From Azolla caroliniana (Eukaryota; Plantae; Polypodiophyta), in NCBI GenBank assembly GCA_043228905.1, contig JBHGNT010000028.1, positions 62,001-126,000 of the forward strand: 64,000 nt of DNA, given 5' to 3'. The position numbers and the translations under genes were made by a program. Positions within the stretch are counted from its first letter, which is position 1. The number at the start of each line of letters is the position of its first letter. The notes beneath the pieces were generated by a model. That model saw only the letters and a program-made list of their open reading frames with translations, was not told the origin of the DNA and made no database searches. Positions 53,801 to 64,000 of the stretch are shown here, one piece after another.

Positions 53801-56800
53801 CTAGTAGCTCTTCCCAACTCACTCCTCAAATTTGCTAATTTCGTCATGTCTCTCGACATGAGTTTCAAAATCTTGATTTTTTAATTCCATATCATAGCTA
53901 GCGTTGTTAGCTTCGATTCGCATGTTTGAACACAGAAATCCGATATCACACTCGCCAGATATGAACATTTTAATTTACCTAGCAGCTCTTCCCAACTCAC
54001 TCCTCAAATTTGCTAATTTCGTCATGTCTCTCGACATGAGTTTCAAAATCTTGATTTTTTAATTCCATATCATAGCTCGCGTTGTTAGCTTCGATTCGCA
54101 TGTTTGAACACAAAAATCCGATATCACACTCGCCAGATATGAACATTTTAATTTACCTACTAGCTCTTCCCAACTCACTCCTCAAATTTGGGAATTTCGT
54201 CATGTCTCTCGACCTGAGTTTCAAAATCTTGATTTTTTAATTCCATATCGTAACTAGCGTTGTTAGCTTCGATTCGCATGTTTGAACACAAAAAACCGAT
54301 ATCACACGAGCCAGATATGAACATTTTAATTTACCTACTAGCTCTTCCCAACTCACTCCTCAAATTTGGGAATTTCGTCATGTCTCTCGACCTGAGTTTC
54401 AAAATCTTGATTTTCTAATTCGAGATCATAGCTAGCGTTGTTAGCTTCGATTCGCATGTTTGAACACAAAAATCCGATATCACACTCGCCAGATATGAAC
54501 ATTTGAATTTACCTACTAGCTCTCCCCAACTCACTCCTCAAATTTGGGAATTTCGTCATGTCTCTCTACCTGAGTTTCAAAATCTTGATTTTTTAATTCC
54601 ATATCATAGCTCGCGTTGTTAGCTTCGATTCGCATGTTTGAACACAAAAATCCGATATCACACTCGCCAGATATGAACATTTTAATTTACCTACTAGCTC
54701 TTCCCAACTCACTCCTCAAATTTGGGAATTTCGTCATGTCTCTCGACCTGAGTTTCAAAATCTTGATTATTTAATTCCATATCCTAGCTAGCGTTGTTAG
54801 CTTCGATTCGCATGTTTGAACACAAAAATCCGATATCCCACTCGCCAGATATGAACATTTTAATTTACCTACTAGCTCTCCCCAACTCACTCCTCAAATT
54901 TGCTAATTCCGTCATGTCTCTCGACATGAGTTTCAAAATCTTGATTTTTTAATTCCATATCATAGCTAGCGTTGTTAGCTTCGATTCGCATGTTTGAACA
55001 CAGAAATCCGATATCACACTCGCCAGATATGAACATTTTAATTTACCTAGCAGCTCTTCCCAACTCACTCCTCAAATTTGCTAATTTCGTCATGTCTCTC
55101 GACATGAGTTTCAAAATCTTGATTTTTTAATTCCATATCATAGCTCGCGTTGTTAGCTTCGATTCGCATGTTTGAACACAAAAATCCGATATCACACTCG
55201 CCAGATATGAACATTTTAATTTACCTACTAGCTCTTCCCAACTCACTCCTCAAATTTGGGAATTTCGTCATGTCTCTCGACCTGAGTTTCAAAATCTGGA
55301 TTTTCTAATTCCATATCGTAACTAGCGTTGTTAGCTTCGATTTACATGTTTGAACACAAAAATCCGATATCACACGAGCCAGGTATGATCATTTTAATTT
55401 ACTCAAGGGCTCTTCTCAACTCCGTCGTCAAGGTTGCTAATTTTTTCATGTCTCTCGACCTGAGTTTCAAAATCTTGATTTTTTAATTCCATATCATAGC
55501 TAGCGTTGTTAGCTTCGATTCGCATGTTTGAACACAAAAAACCGATATCACACGCACCAGATATGAACATTTTAATTTACCTACTAGCTCTTCCCAACTC
55601 ACTCCTCAAATTTGGGAATTTCGTCATATCTCTCGACCTGAGTTTCAAAATCTTGATTTTTTAATTCGAGATCATAGCTAGCGTTGTTAGCATCGATTCG
55701 CATGTTTGAACACAAAAATCCGATATCACACTCGCCAGATATGAACATTTTAATTTACCTACTAGCTCTCCCCAACTCACTCCTCAAATTTGCTAATTCC
55801 GTCATGTCTCTCTACCTGAGTTTCAAAATCTTGATTTTTTAATTCCATATCATAGCTCGCGTTGTTAGCTTCGATTCGCATGTTTGAACACAAAAATCCG
55901 ATATCACACTCGCCAGATATGAACATTTTAATTTACCTACTAGCTCTTCCCAACTCACTCCTCAAATTTGGGAATTTCGTCATGTCTCTCGACCTGAGTT
56001 TCAAAATCTGGATTTTTTAATTCCATATCATAGCTAGCGTTGTTAGCTTCGATTCGCATGTTTGAACACAAAAATCCGATATCCCACTCGCCAGATATGA
56101 ACATTTTAATTTACCTAGTAGCTCTTCCCAACTCACTCCTCAAATTTGGGAATTTCGTCATGTCTCTCGACCTGAGTTTCAAAATCTTGATTTTTTAATT
56201 CCATATCGTAGCTAGCGTTGTTAGCTTCGATTCGCATGTTTGAACACAAAAAACCGATATCACACGCACCAGATATGAACATTTTAATTTACCTACTAGC
56301 TCTTCCCAACTCACTCCTCAAATTTGGGAATTTCGTCATATCTCTCGACCTGAGTTTCAAAATCTTGATTTTTTAATTCGAGATCATAGCTAGCGTTGTT
56401 AGCTTCGATTCGCATGTTTGAACACAAAAATCCGATATCACACTCGCCAGATATGAACATTTTAATTTACCTACTAGCTCTCCCCAACTCACTCCTCAAA
56501 TTTGCTAATTCCGTCATGTCTCTCGACATGAGTTTCAAAATCTTGATTTTTTAATTCCATATCATAGCTAGCGTTGTTAGCTTCGATTCGCATGTTTGAA
56601 CACAGAAATCCGATATCACACTCGCCAGATATGAACATTTTAATTTACCTACTAGCTCTCCCCAACTCACTCCTCAAATTTGCTAATTCCGTCATGTCTC
56701 TCGACATGAGTTTCAAAATCTTGATTTTTTAATTCCATATCATAGCTAGCGTTGTTAGCTTCGATTCGCATGTTTGAACACAAAAATCCGATATCACACT

Positions 56801-58896
56801 CGCCAGATATGAACATTTTAATTTACCTAGCAGCTCTTCCCAACTCACTCCTCAAATTTGCTAATTTCGTCATGTCTCTCGACATGAGTTTCAAAACCTT
56901 GATTTTTTAATTCCATGTCATAGCTAGCGTTGTTAGCTTCGATTCGCATGTTTGAACACAGAAATCCGATATCACACTCGCCAGATATGAACATTTTAAT
57001 TTACCTACTAACTCTTCCCAACTCACTCCTCAAATTTGGGAATTTCGTCATGTCTCTCGACCTGAGTTTCAAAATCTGGATTTTTTAATTCCATATCGTA
57101 ACTAGCGTTGTTAGCTTCGATTTACATGTTTGAACACAAAAATCCGATATCACACGAGCCAGGTATGATCATTTTAATTTACTCAAGGGCTCTTCTCAAC
57201 TCCGTCGTCAAGGTTGCTAATTTCTTCATGTCTCTCGACCTGAGTTTCAAAATCTTGATTTTTTAATTCCATATCATAGCTAGCGTTGTTAGCTTCGATT
57301 CGCATGTTTGAACACAAAAATCCGATATCACACTCGCCAGATATGAACATTTTAATTTACCTACTAGCTCTCCCCAACTCACTCCTCAAATTTGCTAATT
57401 CCGTCATGTCTCTCGACATGAGTTTCAAAATCTTGATTTTTTAATTCCATATCATAGCTAGCGTTGTTAGCTTCGATTTACATGTTTGAACACAAAAATC
57501 CGATATCACACGAGCCAGGTATGATCATTTTAATTTACTCAAGGGCTCTTCTCAACTCCGTCGTCAAGGTTGCTAATTTTTTCATGTCTCTCGACCTGAG
57601 TTTCAAAATCTTGATTTTTTAATTCCATATCATAGCTAGCGTTAGCTTCGATTCGCATGTTTGAACACAGACATCCGATATCACACTCGCCAGATATGAA
57701 CATTTTAATTTACCTAGCAGCTCTTCCCAACTCACTCCTCAAATTTGCTAATTTCGTCATGTGTCTCGACATGAGTTTCAAAATCTTGATTTTTTAATTC
57801 CATATCATAGCTCGCGTTGTTAGCTTCGATTCGCATGTTTGAACACAAAAATCCGATATCACACTCGCCAGTTATGAACATTTTAATTTACCTACTAGCT
57901 CTTCCCAACTCCCTCCTCATGTTGCTAATTTCGTCATGTCTCTCGACGTGAGTTTCAAAATCTTGATTTTTTAATGCCATATCATAGCTAACGTTGTTAG
58001 CTTCGATTCACATGATTGAACACAAAAATCCGATATCACACTCGCCAGTTATGAACATTTTAATTTACCTACTAGCTCTTCCCAACTCCCTCCTCATGTT
58101 GCTAATTTCGTGATGTCTCTCGACCTGAGTTTCAAAATCTTGATTTTTTAATTCCATATCATACCTAGCGTTGTCAGCTTCGATTCGCATGTTTGAACAC
58201 AAAAATCCGATATCCCACTCGCCAGATATGAACATTTTAATTTACCTCCTAGCTCTTCCCAACTCACTCCTCAAATTTGGGAATTTCGTCATATCTCTCG
58301 ACCTGAGTTTCAAAATCTTGATTTTTTAATTCGAGATCATAGCTAGCGTTGTTAGCTTCGATTCGCATGTTTGAACACAAAAATCCGATATCACACTCGC
58401 CAGATATGAACATTTGAATTTACCTACTAGCTCTTCCCAACTCACTCCTCAAATTTGGGAATTTCGTCATGTCTCTCGACCTGAGTTTCAAAATCTTGAT
58501 TTTTTAATTCCATATCGTAGCTAGCGTTGTTAGCTTCGATTCACATCTTTGAACACAAAAATCCGATATCACACGAGCTAGGTATGATCATTTTAATTTA
58601 CTCAAGAGCTCTTCCCAACTCCCTCCTCATGTAGCTAATTTTGTCATTTCTCTCGACCTGAGTTTCAAAATCTTGATTTTTTAATTCCATATCATAGCTA
58701 GCGTTGTTAGCTTCGATTCGCATGTTTGAACACAAAAATCCGATATCCCACTCGCCAGATATGAAGATTTTAATTTACCTACTAGCTCTTCCCAACTCAC
58801 TCCTCAAATTTGGGAATTTCGTCATATCTCTCGACCTGAGTTTCAAAATCTTGATTTTTTAATTCGAGATCATAGCTAGCGTTGTTAGCTTCGATT
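47852..58896. repeat. Near-identical tandem duplication of a 31-monomer unit (5512 bp x2)
   Basis: Markers offset by 5512: CACTTGCC (48081/53593), AAAACCTT (51381/56893), ACCTACTAAC (51491/57003), a 3-bp deletion (52129/57641), ACCTAGC (52651/58163). Confidence 0.92.
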
Positions 58897-59001
58897 CGCA
58901 TGTTTGAACACAAAAATCCGATATCACACTCGCCAGATATGAACATTTTAATTTACCTACTAGCTCTTCCCAACTCACTCCTCAAATTTGCTAATTTCGT
59001 C

Positions 59002-61315
59002 ATGTCTCTCGACCTGAGTTTCAAAATCTTGAATTTTTAATTCCATATCATAGCTAACATTGTTAGCTTCGATTCACATGATTGAACACAAAAATCCGAT
59101 ATCACACTCGCCAGTTATGAACATTTTAATTTACCTACTAACTCTTCCCAACTCACTCCTCAAATTTGCTAATTTCGTCATGTCTCTCGACATGAGTTTC
59201 AAAATCTTGATTTTTTAATTCCATATCATAGCTAGCGTTGTTAGCTTCGATTCGCATGTTTGAACACAGAAATCCGATATCACACTCGCCAGTTATGAAC
59301 ATTTTAATTTACCTAGCAGCTCTTCCCAACTCACTCCTCAAATTTGCTAATTTCGTCATGTCTCTCGACATGAGTTTCAAAATCTTAATTTTTTAATTCC
59401 ATATCCTAGCTAGCGTTGTTAGCTTCGATTCGCATGTTTGAACACAAAAAACCGATATCACACGCACCAGATATGAACATTTTAATTTACCTACTAGCTC
59501 TTCCCAACTCACTCCTCAAATTTGGGAATTTCGTCATATCTCTCGACCTGAGTTTCAAAATCTTGATTTTTTAATTCGAGATCATAGCTAACGTTGTTAG
59601 CTTCGATTCGCATGTTTGAACACAAAAATCCGATATCCCACTCGCCAGATATGAACATTTTAATTTACCTAGTAGCTCTTCCCAACTCACTCCTCAAATT
59701 TGGGAATTTCGTCATGTCTCTCGACCTGAGTTTCAAAATCTTGATTTTTTAATTCCATATCCTAGCTAGCGTTGTTAGATTCGATTCGCATGTTTGAACA
59801 CAAAAAACCGATATCACACGCACCAGATATGAACATTTTAATTTACCTACTAGCTCTTCCCAACTCACTCCTCAAATTTGGGAATTTCGTCATATCTCTC
59901 GACCTGAGTTTCAAAATCTTGATTTTTTAATTCGAGATCATAGCTAGCGTTGTTAGCTTCGATTCGCATGTTTGAACACAAAAATCCGATATCACACTCG
60001 CCAGATATGAACATTTTAATTTACCTACTAGCTCTCCCCAACTCACTCCTCAAATTTGCTAATTCCGTCATGTCTCTCGACATGAGTTTCAAAATCTTGA
60101 TTTTTTAATTCCATATCATAGCTAGCGTTGTTAACTTCGATTCGCATGTTTGAACACAGAAATCCGATATCACACTCGCCAGATATGAACATTTTAATTT
60201 ACCTACTAGCTCTTCCCAACTCACTCCTCAAATTTGCTAATTTCGTCATGTCTCTCGACCTGAGTTTCAAAATCTTGAATTTTTAATTCCATATCATAGC
60301 TAACATTGTTAGCTTCGATTCACATGATTGAACACAAAAATCCGATATCACACTCGCCAGTTATGAACATTTTAATTTACCTACTAACTCTTCCCAACTC
60401 ACTCCTCAAATTTGCTAATTTCGTCATGTCTCTCGACATGAGTTTCAAAATCTTGATTTTTTAATTCCATATCATAGCTAGCGTTGTTAGCTTCGATTCG
60501 CATGTTTGAACACAGAAATCCGATATCACACTCGCCAGTTATGAACATTTTAATTTACCTAGCAGCTCTTCCCAACTCACTCCTCAAATTTGCTAATTTC
60601 GTCATGTCTCTCGACATGAGTTTCAAAATCTTAATTTTTTAATTCCATATCCTAGCTAGCGTTTTTAGCTTCGATTCGCATGTTTGAACACAAAAAACCG
60701 ATATCACACGCACCAGATATGAACATTTTAATTTACCTACTAGCTCTTCCCAACTCACTCCTCAAATTTGCTAATTTCGTCATGTCTCTCGACATGAGTT
60801 TCAAAATCTTGATTTTTTAATTCGAGATCATAGCTAACGTTGTTAGCTTCGATTCGCATGTTTGAACACAAAAATCCGATATCCCACTCGCCAGATATGA
60901 ACATTTTAATTTACCTAGTAGCTCTTCCCAACTCACTCCTCAAATTTGGGAATTTCGTCATGTCTCTCGACCTGAGTTTCAAAATCTTGATTTTTTAATT
61001 CCATATCCTAGCTAGCGTTGTTAGATTCGATTCGCATGTTTGAACACAAAAAACCGATATCACACGCACCAGATATGAACATTTTAATTTACCTACTAGC
61101 TCTTCCCAACTCACTCCTCAAATTTGGGAATTTCGTCATATCTCTCGACCTGAGTTTCAAAATCTTGATTTTTTAATTCGAGATCATAGCTAGCGTTGTT
61201 AGCTTCGATTCGCATGTTTGAACACAAAAATCCGATATCAGACTCGCCAGATATGAACATTTTAATTTACCTACGAGCTCTCCCCAACTCACTCCTCAAA
61301 TTTGCTAATTCCGTC
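59002..61315. repeat. Tandem duplication with a 7-monomer offset (1246 bp; second copy matches for about 6 monomers)
   Basis: CTTAATTTT at 59384/60630, TAGATTCG (variant A at 59779/61025), and a GAATTTTT/AACATT monomer starting at 59002/60248. Confidence 0.82.
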
Positions 61316-64000
61316 ATGTCTCTCGACCTGAGTTTCAAAATCTTGATTTTCTAATTCGAGATCATAGCTAGCGTTGTTAGCTTCGATTCGCATGTTTGAA
61401 CACAAAAATTCGATATCACACTCGCCAGATATGAACATTTGAATTTACCTACTAGCTCTTCCCAACTCACTCCTCAAATTTGGGAATTTCGTCATGTCTC
61501 TCGACCTGAGTTTCAAAATCTTGATTTTTTAATTCCATATCGTAGCTAGCGTTGTTAGCTTCGATTCACATGTTTGAACACAAAAATCCGATATCACACG
61601 AGCCAGGTATGATCATTTTAATTTACTCAAGAGCTCTTCCCAACTCCCTCCTCATGTAGCTAATTTTGTCATTTCTCTCGACCTGAGTTTCAAAATCTTG
61701 ATTTTTTAATTCCATATCATAGCTAGCGTTGTTAGCTTCGATTCGCATGTTTGAACACGAAAATCCGATATCCCACTCGCCAGATATGAAGATTTTAATT
61801 TACCTACTAGCTCTTCGCAACTCACTCCTCAAATTTGGGAATTTCGTCATGTCTCTCGACCTGAGTTTCAAAATCTTGATTTTTTAATTCCATATCATAG
61901 CTAACGTTGTTAGCTTCGATTCACATGATTGAACACAAAAATCCGATATCACACTCGCCAGTTATGAACATTTTAATTTACCTACTAGCTCTTCCCAACT
62001 CCCTCCTCATGTTGCTAATTTTGTCATGTCTCTCTACCTGAGTTTCAAAATCTTGAGTTTTTAATTCCATATCATATCTAGCGTTGTTAGCTTCGATTCG
62101 CATGTTTGAACACAAAAGCCCGATATCACACTCGCCAGATATGAACATTTTAATTTACCTACTAGCTCTTCCCAACTCACTCCTCAAATTTGGGAATTTC
62201 GTCATGTCTCTCGACCTGAGTTTCAAAATCTTGATTTTTTAATTCCATATCGTAACTAGCATTGTTAGCTTCGATTTACATGTTTGAACACAAAAATCCG
62301 ATATCACACGAGCCAGGTATGATCATTTTAATTTACTCAAGGGCTCTTCTCAACTCCCTCGTCAAGGTTGCTAATTTCGTCATGTCTCTCGACCTGAGTT
62401 TCAAAATCTTGATTTTTTAATTCTATATCCTAGCTAGCATTGTTAGCTTCGATTCGCATGTTTGAACACAAAAATCCGATATCCCACTCGCCAGATATGA
62501 ACATTTTAATTTACCTCCTAGCTCTTCCCAACTCACTCCTCAAATTTGGGAATTTCATCATATCTCTCGACCTGAGTTTCAAAATCTTGATTTTTTAATT
62601 CGAGATCATAGCTAGCGTTGTTAGCTTCGATTCGCATGTTTGAACACAAAAATCCGATATCACACTCGCCAGATATGAACATTTTAATTTACCTACTAGC
62701 TCTCCCCAACTCACTCCTCAAATTTGCTAATTCCGTCATGTCTCTCGACCTGAGTTTCAAAATCTGGATTTTTTAATTCCATATCGTAACTAGCGTTGTT
62801 AGCTTCGATTTACATGTTTGAACACAAAAATCCGATATCACACGAGCCAGGTATGATCATTTTAATTTACTCAAGGGCTCTTCTCAACTCCGTCGTCAAG
62901 GTTGCTAATTTCTTCATGTCTCTCGACCTGAGTTTCAAAATCTTGATTTTTTAATTCCATATCATAGCTAGCGTTGTTAGCTTCGATTCGCATGTTTGAA
63001 CACAAAAATCCGATATCACACTCGCCAGATATGAACATTTTAATTTACCTACTAGCTCTCCCCAACTCACTCCTCAAATTTGCTAATTCCGTCATGTCTC
63101 TCGACATGAGTTTCAAAATCTTGATTTTTTAATTCCATATCATAGCTAGCGTTGTTAGCTTCGATTCGCATGTTTGAACACAAAAATCCGATATCACACT
63201 CGCCAGATATGAACATTTTAATTTACCTAGCAGCTCTTCCCAACTCACTCCTCAAATTTGCTAATTTTGTCATGTCTCTCGACATGAGTTTCAAAATCTT
63301 GATTTTTTAATTCCATATCATAGCTAGCGTTAGCTTCGATTCGCATGTTTGAACACAGACATCCGATATCACACTCGCCAGATATGAACATTTTAATTTA
63401 CCTAGCAGCTCTTCCCAACTCACTCCTCAAATTTGCTAATTTCGTCATGTCTCTCGACATGAGTTTCAAAATCTTGATTTTTTAATTCCATATCATAGCT
63501 CGCGTTGTTAGCTTCGATTCGCATGTTTGAACACAAAAATCCGATATCACACTCGCCAGTTATGAACATTTTAATTTACCTACTAGCTCTTCCCAACTCC
63601 CTCCTCATGTTGCTAATTTCGTCATGTCTCTCGACGTGAGTTTCAAAATCTTGATTTTTTAATGCCATATCATAGCTAACGTTGTTAGCTTCGATTCACA
63701 TGATTGAACACAAAAATCCGATATCACACTCGCCAGTTATGAACATTTTAATTTACCTACTAGCTCTTCCCAACTCCCTCCTCATGTTGCTAATTTCGTG
63801 ATGTCTCTCGACCTGAGTTTCAAAATCTTGATTTTTTAATTCCATATCATAGCTAGCGTTGTCAGCTTCGATTCGCATGTTTGAACACAAAAATCCGATA
63901 TCCCACTCGCCAGATATGAACATTTTAATTTACCTCCTAGCTCTTCCCAACTCACTCCTCAAATTTGGGAATTTCGTCATATCTCTCGACCTGAGTTTCA

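Larger units (their letters stand above)
1..64000. repeat. Tandem satellite array, 177/178-bp monomer, about 360 copies, one orientation (centromeric/pericentromeric-type)
   Basis: ATGTCTCTCGACCTGAG recurs at 16, 193, 371, 549, 726, 904... (steps of 177 or 178) to the end of the window. Representative monomer (371-548): ATGTCTCTCGACCTGAGTTTCAAAATCTTGATTTTTTAATTCCATATCATAGCTAGCGTTGTTAGCTTCGATTCGCATGTTTGAACACAAAAATCCGATATCCCACTCGCCAGATATGAACATTTTAATTTACCTACTAGCTCTTCCCAACTCACTCCTCAAATTTGGGAATTTCGTC. No non-repeat sequence seen. The centromeric role is inference from size and organisation only. Confidence 0.98.
34462..64000. repeat. Satellite domain 2: more diverse sub-array with a different monomer set
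   Basis: Motifs not seen before 34462: AAAAAACCGATATCACACGCACCAG, TTCGAGATC, CTCTCCCC/TTCCGTC, GACATGAG, CACAGAAATCC, CTAGCAGC, GCTCGCG, CTGGATT, ACTCAAGGGCTCTTCTCAACTCCGTCGTCAAGG. Monomers are mostly 178 bp. Confidence 0.9.

Noticed and set aside
1-64000. CRISPR array
   Set aside because: There are no unique spacers. The entire 177/178-bp unit repeats, and no cas genes or leader are present.
1-64000. Protein-coding repeat (ATG at each monomer start)
   Set aside because: The ATG frame reaches TAA within about 13 codons. Stops are frequent on both strands, and 178 bp shifts the frame between monomers.
1-64000. Assignment to a named satellite such as Arabidopsis CEN178, Brassica CentBr or primate alpha satellite
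   Set aside because: Only the length is similar, and I do not recognise the sequence as any of them. A BLAST search against nt and satellite databases would be needed.
1-64000. Tandem 5S rRNA, tRNA or snRNA gene array
   Set aside because: No recognisable 5S, tRNA or snRNA sequence and no gene-plus-spacer organisation.
1-64000. Embedded transposon, inversion or telomeric repeat
   Set aside because: Monomer phase and orientation continue unbroken on reading. I saw no LTR, TIR, target-site duplication or telomere motif.

Overview
The whole 64-kb window is one uninterrupted, head-to-tail, single-orientation tandem array of a 177/178-bp satellite monomer (about 360 copies; about 38% GC in the monomer I counted). 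Monomer size, homogeneity and higher-order structure fit a eukaryotic centromeric or pericentromeric satellite, but I cannot assign organism or family. I see no genes, RNA genes, transposons, CRISPR spacers or inversions, and no evidence for a novel coding system. The information lies in the monomer variants. Domain 1 (16-34461) is built from five monomer types (my labels A-E) in an irregular 888-bp 5-mer higher-order repeat (HOR), overlaid with 7-, 11-, 17- and 19-monomer duplications. Domain 2 (34462-64000) uses a different, more diverse monomer set, with 7-, 9- and 31-monomer duplications. These include a near-identical 5512-bp tandem duplication whose crossover maps to a 21-bp window. The domains interdigitate at about 34.5-35.7 kb, and each contains stray markers of the other. 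All offsets were counted by eye from marker SNPs and need computational confirmation.
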